From Bdellovibrionota bacterium (GTDB lineage Bacteria > Bdellovibrionota_C > UBA2361 > OMII01): DNA of 64,000 bases. The stretch's first letter is position 1; each line of letters opens with the position of its first letter. Both the position numbers and the translations under genes were made by a program. Below are positions 19,873-29,486 of this stretch, piece by piece. The DNA is taken from NCBI GenBank assembly GCA_044345405.1, contig JBIJBE010000011.1, positions 21,212 through 85,211 on the forward strand. The letters are read 5' to 3'. The notes beneath the pieces are model-generated. The model was not told the DNA's origin. It saw only the letters and a program-made list of their open reading frames with translations, and did not search any database.

Positions 19873-20559
19873 TTAGGGGGCTACGTGCTCTGCGGTAGAG
19901 ATATTCGCAAGCTCAAGGAGCTCCGCGGGACGAGAAAGAAAGATGCGGGCCCCCGCCTCCTCAAGGACAGCCCTCGACCGAAAACCCCACAGTACCGCCA
20001 CGCTCGTCATGCCGGCTCGAACTCCGGTCTGAATGTCGATCTCGGAATCTCCCACGAAGAGGCATCGGGTCGGTTCGACCCCGAGTGAGGCGGCTATGTC
20101 GAGTGCCGCTTGTGGGTCCGGCTTCATCGGAACTCCCGCGCGCTCCCCTCGAATCTCTTGAAACGGAGTAGAGGAGAAGAAATGGGATACGCACACCTGT
20201 GTGAAGTCGTCCCTCTTGTTCGAAAGTATAGCGAGGGGTACCCCACGCTCTGTAAGCGCTGTGAGCATCTCAGGTATCCCCGGATACGCGGTGGATGTTT
20301 CATTCCATCGGGCCTCATAGTGCACCCTGTAGGCGTTCACGAATGCGTCGATCCGATCCGACGTTCTCTGTACCTCTGGGAGAACCTTGCGAGCGAGATT
20401 CGTGAGGCCATCGCCTACGAGCTCCGTGTAGGTCTCGACCGAATGCACCGGACACCCCCATTCGGTAAGCACCGTGTTGGCGCACGTGGCGATGTCACCT
20501 ATCGAATCGAGTAATGTGCCGTCGAGGTCAAAGATAATAGCTTCTATGGTGCTCTTCAT
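19873..20559 (-). CDS. HAD family hydrolase (phosphoglycolate phosphatase-like)
   Basis: FDLDGTLLDS, LSNK, KPDP, FVGDSEID. Confidence 0.92.
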   Translation of the reverse strand: MKSTIEAIIFDLDGTLLDSIGDIATCANTVLTEWGCPVHSVETYTELVGDGLTNLARKVLPEVQRTSDRIDAFVNAYRVHYEARWNETSTAYPGIPEMLTALTERGVPLAILSNKRDDFTQVCVSHFFSSTPFQEIRGERAGVPMKPDPQAALDIAASLGVEPTRCLFVGDSEIDIQTGVRAGMTSVAVLWGFRSRAVLEEAGARIFLSRPAELLELANISTAEHVAP

Positions 20560-20628
20560 AACGATACCGTCCTATTGTGCGCCGGTATCATAGCGGTTAA
20601 GCCTGGTCGGCTCAACGTGGCGGAGAAG

Positions 20629-23043
20629 CTATGCGGCGCTCCTTGTATCAAAGGAGCGTTCGCTTAGTATTCGCTCAACGGTCGCTATCTCGACCGGTTT
20701 CGTAAGATGTTCGTCGAATCCGGACTCCCGCGCCCTCTGTTTGGTTTCTTCCGTTCCCCAACCAGTCAGCGCGACGACGAAGGGGGGCGGCTGTGGGTGT
20801 GCTTTTTTGATCGCCTGAGCAACCTCAAATCCACTCATCCCCGGCAGTCCGATGTCGAGGAAGATGATGTCGGGTTTAAACGCGGGAAGTTTCTCAAGCG
20901 CTTCCGGTCCAGTGAACGCGATCTCCGTTGAGTGTCCGAGGAGCTCCGCCAACATCGAGAGGCTTTGCGCGGCATCCACGTTGTCATCGACGATAAGAAC
21001 GCGTTTGGTCGGGCCTTGGGGCGTGTGTTCGGACGGGAGGTGTGACGGGAATGAGGTTGACGTAATGAGGGAGGAGGGAAGGGAGATCGTGAACGTGCTC
21101 CCCCTGCCCGGTCCCTCACTTGCGGCGGTCACCGTTCCTCCGTGAAGCTCCACAAGATTTCGTACCAGTGCTAAGCCTATGCCGAGACCGCCCTGCGATC
21201 GATCGAGGGTGCGATTGATCTGACCAAAGAGTTGGAACACCTGGTTGGTCATCTCCGGCGGAATTCCGAGCCCGTTATCGGTTATTGAGATCTCTATTCC
21301 GGTGCTCGTTACACGCGCCTTAAGTCCGATCTGTCCGTGGTCAGGGGTATATTTAGCCGCGTTGTTGAGTAAATTGCTGATAGTTTGCGAGAGGCGTGTC
21401 GAGTCGGCATACAGCACTATCTCATGCTCAGGCAACGAGATCTCGAGCGAATGGTGCCCAGCCTCAATAGCGGGACGACTCGCTTCCAGGGCGGACTCAA
21501 TAATTGTGTGGAGCGCCACGTTCTCCTTTTTGAGCTGGAGGCGGCCGAGCGTTATGCGAGAGACGTCCAGTAGGTCGTCGATCAGCCGTACCATATGAGA
21601 GAGTTGTCGCTCCATTATTTCCCGGGCTTGGGCGGCGGTTGGGCTGGCGGGATCTCGCTTCATGATGGCGAGGCCCGTGCGTATCGGAGCGAGTGGATTT
21701 CTAAGCTCGTGCGCGAGTGTCGCTAAAAACTCGTCCTTTCGACGGTCCGCCTCCCGGAGCTGTTCGCGGATAGCGCGTGGCAGGGTGATATTCGCGTGAA
21801 TACCGATGGCTCTGGTGGGGGCTCCATGCTCGTCTCGCTCAATTATCCGTCCGCGGTCAAGCACCCATATCCACGATCCATTTTTGTGCTTTAATCGATG
21901 TTCGGTTTCATACACAGGAGCCTCACCGTCCATGTGTCGTTGGAGAGCGAGCTGGATAGCCGGCATATCCTCGGGATGTACGAGCCGCTCCCATGCCCGG
22001 ACGTGGGGCTCGATCTCGTGAAGCTCGTATCCGAGCATGTGCGCCCACTCCCCACCGAACTGAACCTCGCCGGTCGCGATGTTCCAATCCCAGAAACCGA
22101 GCTCTCCCGCCTCAAGCGCCAACTCAAGGCGACGGCGATCTCGCGCAATCTGCTCTTGAGCGCGGATCCGCTCGCTGCAATCTTGCGCGGTTCCAATGAG
22201 CCGCACCGGTTTGCCGCTCTCGTCGTAAATTACTTCCCCAAGAGACTCGATCCATCGAATCTCTCCTGTGTTGGTGCGAATAGTATAGTTACTTCGGTAG
22301 TAACGCTCTTTTCTTTCAAACGAATCCCTAATTATCGCCTCAACAGCGGACAGTTGCTCCGCGGGCAAGAGGCTCGCCCATGTGCTGTATGAGGGTTGAA
22401 AGGATTCCGGCGTAACGCCGTGAATAAGGTAGGTTTGAGGGGTCCAAAAAACCTGAGTCGAGTTGATATCCCAGTCAAAAATGCCGAGCCCACTTGCTTT
22501 CATCGCGAGGTCCAGGCGGGTCTCGACCATCTGGAGCCGCTCTTCAAGCACTCGTCGCTCTAAGATAGTAGCCGCGAACTGAACCCAGAGATCTCCTTGT
22601 GTGAGCGCCTCCTCTACCTCTCTTTGATTTTTATCTCCGAGCCGAAAGAGGGCGAAGATGTACCCCCATGCGTGGCTATTGCGAGGGCGAATACGGTGGA
22701 TGGTGGCGGATGTGAACTCATGCTCGGGAAATAGCGCGAGCAGCTCCGTTCCCGCCGAATGGGACGCTATGTCGCTTATGCGAGTGTCGTGGTGAATCTT
22801 CTGTACAAACGGATCGAGTTCGCTAAGACGCGCCTCTATCCCTGCACCTCTGCCGGCTCGGTATACGCTCTCGGCCCCACTCTCAGAATCGTCCGTTTTG
22901 ATAATCCATACCGAGGCGTTAGGCAGGCATTCCTCAAGAAGCGAGCCCACACTGAGGATGAGCTTTCGGGTCTCCTCTTTGCAGTTCAGGAGCTCATAGA
23001 GTTGCGACTGCGCGGAGGGGGAGGAGAAACAATCAGATTTCAA
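20629..23043 (-). CDS. Hybrid sensor kinase (2 PAS/PAC, HisKA, HATPase, REC)
   Basis: GIFDWD/GFWDWN PAS domains, FLATLAHELRNPL, NAAKYT, GLGIGL, LIVDDN, DIGLP. Confidence 0.93.
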   Translation of the reverse strand: MKSDCFSSPSAQSQLYELLNCKEETRKLILSVGSLLEECLPNASVWIIKTDDSESGAESVYRAGRGAGIEARLSELDPFVQKIHHDTRISDIASHSAGTELLALFPEHEFTSATIHRIRPRNSHAWGYIFALFRLGDKNQREVEEALTQGDLWVQFAATILERRVLEERLQMVETRLDLAMKASGLGIFDWDINSTQVFWTPQTYLIHGVTPESFQPSYSTWASLLPAEQLSAVEAIIRDSFERKERYYRSNYTIRTNTGEIRWIESLGEVIYDESGKPVRLIGTAQDCSERIRAQEQIARDRRRLELALEAGELGFWDWNIATGEVQFGGEWAHMLGYELHEIEPHVRAWERLVHPEDMPAIQLALQRHMDGEAPVYETEHRLKHKNGSWIWVLDRGRIIERDEHGAPTRAIGIHANITLPRAIREQLREADRRKDEFLATLAHELRNPLAPIRTGLAIMKRDPASPTAAQAREIMERQLSHMVRLIDDLLDVSRITLGRLQLKKENVALHTIIESALEASRPAIEAGHHSLEISLPEHEIVLYADSTRLSQTISNLLNNAAKYTPDHGQIGLKARVTSTGIEISITDNGLGIPPEMTNQVFQLFGQINRTLDRSQGGLGIGLALVRNLVELHGGTVTAASEGPGRGSTFTISLPSSLITSTSFPSHLPSEHTPQGPTKRVLIVDDNVDAAQSLSMLAELLGHSTEIAFTGPEALEKLPAFKPDIIFLDIGLPGMSGFEVAQAIKKAHPQPPPFVVALTGWGTEETKQRARESGFDEHLTKPVEIATVERILSERSFDTRSAA

Positions 23044-23527
23044 CGGACACCTGGGTTGAGCTTCATGTTGGGCGCTAGTTGAGGGGTAGGGCTCCGCGAA
23101 AACGGTATCGGTGATTTGTAACCGGGTTCATGGGGTGCCTCACGATGCCTCAAGCCCTGGGGCTTAAGCCAGAGTTTTAGTACTGAGAGGTTCTGGAGGG
23201 TGATGTCGGTCATGTTGAGGCCGCAACATCATCACTCCTCCGTAGCGCATGTACCTGACGGGCAGATGGGTGTGTGTCTCGATCGGCACCGCCCCGGTGA
23301 TGGCACAGGAGTGGGAATGACTGCGCAAGGCGTCGGTGGGCTCGAATGGGGCTCGTTGGCACTGTTGGACCTAGAGGCAAGCTGAGAATGGGCCGTCAAT
23401 TCCTGAAACGACAGCCGTTTGCACGAGCGATACAATTGCACTATCGTTTCAGCTTAAGCCTCTGAGTTCCGTCATGTGCCGGTCCGGAGCGGAAGCTGTC
23501 GTTGATGGATACCAAGGAGTTACCGCC

Positions 23528-25519
23528 ATGTTGTGCCCCCGCAGGGAGATTCAACCGCACGTTGTTACAGGGCTGAAAGTAGGCGCTCTATGCTCCATCG
23601 TTCTGTGGCTTCTGCTCGTGGCTTTTTCCATAAACTTCTCCTCTCTCGGGATGTGGGACCGGGTTTTGCCCCAGGTGGATAAAGACCATCTTGTACTTGG
23701 CGAGCCCAGGGCGATACGCAGCGACGAGTGGCTCGCTAATTCGCCGATCATGCTGGCATACGCCGGTCGGGCGAAATCGAGCGTGCAAGGAACGACGGAC
23801 TTCGCGGGGCCGCCGGGCGCTGAACTTCTCATGAACCAACCCGCTCCGCACTTCGCGACCCTCTTCCGACCACAATTTTGGGGGTTCTTTCTATTCGATT
23901 GGGATAGAGGTTTTTCGTGTCTTTACGCCACAAAACTAGTCGCGCTTGGATTGGTTTTTTTCTCCATCTCATTGCTACTGTGCGAGAGCGTTCCGATCGC
24001 TCTGTGCGCGACCGTGTGGTTGTGTTTCTCAAGCTTCTTTCAATGGTGGTTCAGCATCTGTCTTCCAGAGATAGTCGCGACCGGCCTTTTGGCGGCATTG
24101 GCGGCGTGGACCGTGCTGTACGCGGGCTCAACCTGGGTCGCACTGATCGCGTCCGTGGTCATGATAGTCTCACTGGTTGATTTCACGATGTGTCTCTATC
24201 CACCATTTATGGTTCCGATTGCCCACGGCGCGATCGCGATAGGGGTAACGCTCGCGCTTAAGTACGGAGTTGTTCAGGGGCAAGCTTTGATGAGGCGCGT
24301 GGCTCTCGTGGGCGTGGGAATGGCTGCCTTCGCTGGCATTATGTTTTGTATCTATCGGGATATCGCCCCTGTAGTTGAGATAGTGCAAAACACCGCCTAT
24401 CCGGGTCGCCGTGTGTCGGTTGCTGGTACCGTTCCTGGCTATCGATACCTTAACAATTTGGCGGACCTGTTTTTTACCGATGGTCGATACCCAACTTGGC
24501 TTGGGAACGTGTGTGAAGCCGCCGGGTTTATCGTGATCTGGCCGCTCATTATTCCTGTGCTCCTCTTCCGGTGGGGGCGGGGGCAGGTGTCAGGCAGGGT
24601 GGCCATGCTTTTTGCGCCGTTGCTTGTTGTCCTGGTAGGTCATCTTGCGTGGATGTCTTGGAGCATACCTCAGTGGGTTGGAAGCGTGACTGGACTTTCC
24701 TTGGCGGCTGGACAACGGGTGTACGTTGGACAGGGAGTGTTTGGCATCCTTGCTGTTTCGATGGTAACGGCTCTTCTACCGCGGCGGGCTCTGTCCGCGG
24801 GCTCCGGCGTCTGGCTTGGTGTTCTCAGTGTGGCGTTCGCGGTAGTATTGGGATGGTCCATAGAGCGCTCCATCCCTTCGTTTCTCTCGAATAGTGAGAT
24901 CACCTTGCTTGCGCTCGCTTTAGGGGTCTCGGTGACCGGGTTTTTATGTTCGGTGCCCGTTATGTTTTGGTGCCCGATCGTTTGGCTCGTAAGTCCGAAC
25001 GTGTTCATCAATCCTGTTGCGAGAGGGATTAAGCCAATTACTGAGCGTAAGATCGTCTCGTTCGCGGCCAAGATCGTTCAGAGTGAACCTAATGCTCGTT
25101 GGGTTGTATATGGAGACGGCGCATACGCGAATCTGCTCAAAGTAGGAGGGGCGCGAGTCTTTAACGGTGTCGTGTACGCTCCCCGTTTGGATGACTATCA
25201 AGCGTTTGACTCGCAGGGTGCCTATCGCCACGTGTACAATCGATACGCTCACGTGGGGCTCGAAGCAAACGGTTCGCCGGAAGACCAAGCGAGCTTTCAG
25301 GTGATCCAAGGTGACAGCTTTGTGATGAAGGTACACCCGTGTCATCCCGCTTTTGAACGGGTCGGCGTGAACTATTTCCTATTTACCTATGAACCTCCCG
25401 CCCAGCAGGTCGCGTGCCTTGAGCCGATCGGACAGGGGCGCACTGGGGCTCCTTTTAAGGTGTTTCGGCGTAAGAGTTACGCGGCGCTGAACGATGTGGT
25501 CGCGAGTGAACCCCGGTAA
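23528..25519 (+). CDS. Multi-TM GT-C-like membrane protein (putative polyprenyl-P-sugar glycosyltransferase)
   Basis: PRAIRSDEW acidic loop after TM1, FFQWW, YPP, TAYPGRR, many TMs, periplasmic C-terminus YNRYAH; AAGGAG RBS before ATG 23528. Confidence 0.6.
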   Translation: MLCPRREIQPHVVTGLKVGALCSIVLWLLLVAFSINFSSLGMWDRVLPQVDKDHLVLGEPRAIRSDEWLANSPIMLAYAGRAKSSVQGTTDFAGPPGAELLMNQPAPHFATLFRPQFWGFFLFDWDRGFSCLYATKLVALGLVFFSISLLLCESVPIALCATVWLCFSSFFQWWFSICLPEIVATGLLAALAAWTVLYAGSTWVALIASVVMIVSLVDFTMCLYPPFMVPIAHGAIAIGVTLALKYGVVQGQALMRRVALVGVGMAAFAGIMFCIYRDIAPVVEIVQNTAYPGRRVSVAGTVPGYRYLNNLADLFFTDGRYPTWLGNVCEAAGFIVIWPLIIPVLLFRWGRGQVSGRVAMLFAPLLVVLVGHLAWMSWSIPQWVGSVTGLSLAAGQRVYVGQGVFGILAVSMVTALLPRRALSAGSGVWLGVLSVAFAVVLGWSIERSIPSFLSNSEITLLALALGVSVTGFLCSVPVMFWCPIVWLVSPNVFINPVARGIKPITERKIVSFAAKIVQSEPNARWVVYGDGAYANLLKVGGARVFNGVVYAPRLDDYQAFDSQGAYRHVYNRYAHVGLEANGSPEDQASFQVIQGDSFVMKVHPCHPAFERVGVNYFLFTYEPPAQQVACLEPIGQGRTGAPFKVFRRKSYAALNDVVASEPR

Positions 25520-25585
25520 CGCTGCCTCGATGTAGACCGCGCGCTTCAAGGAATGAGCGGTGCCGTCTCGGGTGCTGGTAAGGTG

Positions 25586-26338
25586 CTAGGTTCTGAGGCC
25601 GAGACGCAGGTATACGAAAGGACGTATCATCGACCACCATCCCACGAATGGGCGAATCTTGCTCTTTCTGCCCTTAGCGAGGTGGGTGTAGGGAATCATC
25701 ACCGGAACTTCCTTAATTCGTACACCTAGTCTGCAAGCCCAGTAATGGATGTAATATTCAAGCTCGTACCGATTGAGCCACTCCTGATGAATATTGCACT
25801 TTGTGTTTTTAAATAGATCGAGGGAATAGGCCCTAAATCCGCACGTGATATCGCTAAAGCGTTTGCCGAGAAAAGGGTAGGTCGCGAGAGAAAAGATAGG
25901 AATCGCGAATCGTCTGAAAGGGGTAAGCCCAGGACTGCTCCCGCCACGAGCGAAGCGACTGCCCGTTACGTAATCCGCCTCCCCCTCAATCAGCGGGGAA
26001 TAAACCGTCTTAAAATCCTCCGGACGAATTTTTCCATTTGATGAGGATATGAGCACCCAGCTGTAGCCGTTGGCCATCGCGAAATCGATTCCGGTGCGAA
26101 TACCAGCTCCAATTCCCATGTTTCGTTCGTGCCGGATAACACGAAAGCCTTGCTCTTGAGCGTATTCGCATGACCCGTCAGTGGAGCCATCATCGACTAC
26201 CAAGGTATTGTGCTTAGGGAAGTGCTTCTCACAACGCTCGAGCACGCTGCCAATTTCAGCCATTTGGTTGTAGTTGGCTACGATCAGGAGCCCTCTTTCG
26301 ATGTCGTACTTTTGTCCGATTTTTTCCATAGGTCCCAA
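25586..26338 (-). CDS. GT2 glycosyltransferase, DPM1/polyprenyl-phosphate type
   Basis: VVDDGSTDGS, HERNMGIG, ADYVTGSRF, SDITCGFRAY; usual DxD replaced by SSN. Confidence 0.85.
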   Translation of the reverse strand: MGPMEKIGQKYDIERGLLIVANYNQMAEIGSVLERCEKHFPKHNTLVVDDGSTDGSCEYAQEQGFRVIRHERNMGIGAGIRTGIDFAMANGYSWVLISSSNGKIRPEDFKTVYSPLIEGEADYVTGSRFARGGSSPGLTPFRRFAIPIFSLATYPFLGKRFSDITCGFRAYSLDLFKNTKCNIHQEWLNRYELEYYIHYWACRLGVRIKEVPVMIPYTHLAKGRKSKIRPFVGWWSMIRPFVYLRLGLRT

Positions 26339-26341
26339 AGG

Positions 26342-27037
26342 CTAACGTCTTCCACTGAGTTCTTTGTACCGAGCGATATCACCTTGCACGGCAGCGATAT
26401 TTGGAAGCTCACTACTCCCTGATTCGACCCACTGCTCAAGTTGCCGTACGGTTCCCTCATCAAAACCATTTCGTGAGAGTCCAACGGAGTTCAGGCGAAG
26501 TCTACGAGGGCCGGTGCCGACGTACACGCAGTACGGAGGAAGATCCTCAAGGACGACGCTTCCCATGCCAACCATGCAGTACGGTCCGATAGTGGAGAAC
26601 TGATGAACACTGACCGAAAATCCGAGATTGCATCCCTTCATCAGAATGGAATGACCGCCGATGGTGCAGCCGTTCGCGATAGTGACCCCATCCTCCAGGA
26701 CGCAATCGTGAGGGAGATAGACGTTACCTAGGATAAAACAACCGGAGCCGATGGCGGTAAGTTCCTTGAACGGGTGATTGATGATGACAAACTCAAAGAA
26801 TGTATTGTTCGAGCCGATAGTGATTTTGCCGATTGAGTCGAAGGTAGCGGGATCCATCGTAAAGCCGCGGTGCTCAGGCGGAGAGCCTACCGACACATGG
26901 GAGATGAACTTGTTATTATCCCCGATTTCAACGTCACCGCTGAAAACACAGTAGGGGCCTATGTAATTACCACTTCCCAGCTTCACGTTCGGGCCGATGA
27001 TGGCGGTGGGGTGGATGATGTTCGCCGTGCTGGTCAT
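26342..27037 (-). CDS. LpxA-like left-handed beta-helix acyltransferase
   Basis: IHPTAII, LPHDC, GGH, VHQF, DLPPY, LNSVGLSRNGF align with LpxA; not in an lpxD/fabZ/lpxB context. Confidence 0.8.
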   Translation of the reverse strand: MTSTANIIHPTAIIGPNVKLGSGNYIGPYCVFSGDVEIGDNNKFISHVSVGSPPEHRGFTMDPATFDSIGKITIGSNNTFFEFVIINHPFKELTAIGSGCFILGNVYLPHDCVLEDGVTIANGCTIGGHSILMKGCNLGFSVSVHQFSTIGPYCMVGMGSVVLEDLPPYCVYVGTGPRRLRLNSVGLSRNGFDEGTVRQLEQWVESGSSELPNIAAVQGDIARYKELSGRR

Positions 27038-27050
27038 GTCCCTATCCCTA

Positions 27051-28187
27051 CTACTTTGAGAGCACCTCGACCAGAGCCTGGAAGGAACGCTCGCACTCGT
27101 CCGCGGTAATGAACGCGAAAAGCGGGAGGTTAAGCACTCGTTTGCATATATCTTGCGATACCTTCAACTCGGAGGCCTTCAAGTCGTTCGCGCAGCAGAT
27201 CTGTTGTGAGATGGTCTCTGGATAGGTACGTCCACATCCGATTCCTTTCGCTTGAAGAGCTTCCTTCACCGGATCCGCGGCTCTGTCCCGAAGTAGGAAG
27301 ACAGAGAGGTAGCCGTTTCCAACGATGCCTTCACCTGGGAGCTTCATCTCCACCTTGTCGTGGATAGCTGGGGTTGACTCGTAGAGTTCCTTGTACAGTT
27401 GCAACCCAGAGAGGCGGCTGCTCAGAATCTCACTCTCAATCGTAAGGATCTCGCTAATGAAAGCGGCCTGAAGACCTCCCATGCGCGAGTTCCATCCGAC
27501 GTGCGAGTACGAGTAGTGGTGGCTCCGACCGTGGTTCCCAAGTTTGCGAGCGAGCGCGACCATGTCGGCGTTGCTTCCAACCACAGCGCCACCATCCATG
27601 CACCCACCTATTACCTTCGCGGGGTAGAAGGAGAGGGTGCCTATCTCAGCTCCAGACAAAATGCCCTGACCGCGCACCTTAACTCCGTAGCACTGAGCGC
27701 CGTCCTCAATCACTCGTATGTTGTTGTCGCGGCAGAAGGAGCGGATCTCCTCAAGGTGGAGCGAGGCGAATCCGTAGAGGTGAGGGAAAACGATTGCGCT
27801 TAGTCCGAATCGTTCGTGCGCCGCCTGAAGCTCGGAGTATGAGAGTTGAAAGTCTTCTTGGTCTATGTCGATCAGTACAGGTGTCGCGCCGATGCTCACG
27901 ATCGCTTCATAGCTCGCCCAGAAGGTGAGGTTTGGAACTCCAACTTTGGCGCCAGCGCTGATTCCAGCGCCCTGAAGCGCCAAGGTGATCGCGTCGGTCC
28001 CGTTGGCGCAACAGAAGACGTTTTGGACGGCGAGAGATTCTTTGAGTTCTTGTTCTAGCTTGCCGACGCGCGGAGGCGCCACAAACTCAAGGTTATCCAG
28101 AACGGTCTCCCATTCCTTAAGTACCTTGCCACGAATTCGCTCAACAGTTCTTCCTAAATTGATGAAAGGTACTGATTGCTCTGTCAC
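27051..28187 (-). CDS. DegT/DnrJ/EryC1/StrS sugar aminotransferase (GnnB/WbpE-like)
   Basis: CANGTDA, IEDGAQ, SFYPAKVIG, GWNSRM, LPLF. Confidence 0.92.
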   Translation of the reverse strand: MTEQSVPFINLGRTVERIRGKVLKEWETVLDNLEFVAPPRVGKLEQELKESLAVQNVFCCANGTDAITLALQGAGISAGAKVGVPNLTFWASYEAIVSIGATPVLIDIDQEDFQLSYSELQAAHERFGLSAIVFPHLYGFASLHLEEIRSFCRDNNIRVIEDGAQCYGVKVRGQGILSGAEIGTLSFYPAKVIGGCMDGGAVVGSNADMVALARKLGNHGRSHHYSYSHVGWNSRMGGLQAAFISEILTIESEILSSRLSGLQLYKELYESTPAIHDKVEMKLPGEGIVGNGYLSVFLLRDRAADPVKEALQAKGIGCGRTYPETISQQICCANDLKASELKVSQDICKRVLNLPLFAFITADECERSFQALVEVLSK

Positions 28188-28204
28188 ACGTATCTCCCTT
28201 TATC

Positions 28205-29257
28205 TCAGACCGCTACTCGACGCAGAGGGGTGTCCTGGTTGCTTGGCGCCCGGGTCGCGCGCATCTTGCTCGCCTCATTGAGCGATTGCTCCGCTAGTCT
28301 CACGATACTCGTGGCCTCAGGGCCAAGACACAGTGAGTGCTCCTTACCATTAAGCGCGTTGAGGAACTGCTCAACTTGCACGCGAAGAGGCTCCTGTCGA
28401 GTTACGCCGAACTCTATCTTGTCAGAACCTCGGTACATCTCGATGAGCTCTTTGTACGAGAAGTGGGTATCGGGACGATGCTTGAGAAGATTTCCACCCA
28501 TCAACGAACAGGTTTGAAGCATGTAATCCACGAAGCAAACGCCATGTGTTCCGGTGAGGCGAATCGCTCGAATCTTTGTTGGGGTGATCCAGTTCACGTG
28601 AATGTCGGCGCTGATATTCCCGGAGCATACGCCCATAATGTGGGCCGTATCGAAAATCCCATCCTTTACGGTGCTGTGAACAAAGCTTGATTGGTATTCG
28701 AATCGGCCGAACACCATTTGCAGCACGTCGAGATCGTGAACGGCGAGATCGAGGAGTACGTTGTTGCCCTCTTGCACGTTATCCGGATATCCACCGACCC
28801 TCGTGACGCTACAGTGAATAGGCTGGCCGATGATCCCTGAATCGACCACCTCCTTGAGCTTTCTGATCGCGGGATTTTGTCGCTCGACATGGCCAACGGC
28901 CAAGAGCACTCCAGCTTCGTTAGCCAATCGGGTGAGCTCTTCACCCTCCTCGGGGGTGCTGCAGATCGGCTTCTCGACGAGGATCGGTTTCTTGAAGAAC
29001 AGCGCCTGTTTCACCACGTTGAAGTGAGTCTGCGTGGGCGTCGCCACCACGAGAGCGTCGAACTCAGCGCCGAGCAACTCCTCGAAGGTGGTTACGGCCC
29101 GTACCCGATCCGGTATGAGAGCTCGATTGGAGGGTTCTAAAACGAAGGGGTCAACAACCGCTACCAGATCGATGAGAGGATGGTCCATCATCACTCGAAA
29201 GTGATTTCGTCCCATTCGCCCAAAGCCAACAAGAACCACCTTGCGGCGCTCGCTCAT
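28205..29257 (-). CDS. Gfo/Idh/MocA oxidoreductase (GnnA/WbpB-like)
   Basis: VGFGRMGRNH, LVEKP, VGHVERQNP, DLAVHDLD; GGAG RBS before ATG 29257. Confidence 0.9.
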   Translation of the reverse strand: MSERRKVVLVGFGRMGRNHFRVMMDHPLIDLVAVVDPFVLEPSNRALIPDRVRAVTTFEELLGAEFDALVVATPTQTHFNVVKQALFFKKPILVEKPICSTPEEGEELTRLANEAGVLLAVGHVERQNPAIRKLKEVVDSGIIGQPIHCSVTRVGGYPDNVQEGNNVLLDLAVHDLDVLQMVFGRFEYQSSFVHSTVKDGIFDTAHIMGVCSGNISADIHVNWITPTKIRAIRLTGTHGVCFVDYMLQTCSLMGGNLLKHRPDTHFSYKELIEMYRGSDKIEFGVTRQEPLRVQVEQFLNALNGKEHSLCLGPEATSIVRLAEQSLNEASKMRATRAPSNQDTPLRRVAV

Positions 29258-29486
29258 ATGCGGTCTCCAAAAACGTAAAGAGTTTTCTCGGCGTTGACTC
29301 GTACGTGGCCAACTCATCCGCCCGCCAGTGTAGCAGCGACCGAAGTCTAATGGAATGCCTCGTACCCCAAAGATACGAACCATTTAGGGTGTTTAGCGAT
29401 GACCTGAGTTCCGCGCTGGGTGTCCTAAGCAGTTGATAGGTCGATGATGCTACGGGCTCACAGCCTATGGGCCTTTGACACAGTCC

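Noticed and set aside
26342-27037. Calling this gene lpxA
   Set aside because: It is shorter, has altered conserved residues and lacks lipid A gene neighbours, so it is treated as a paralog.
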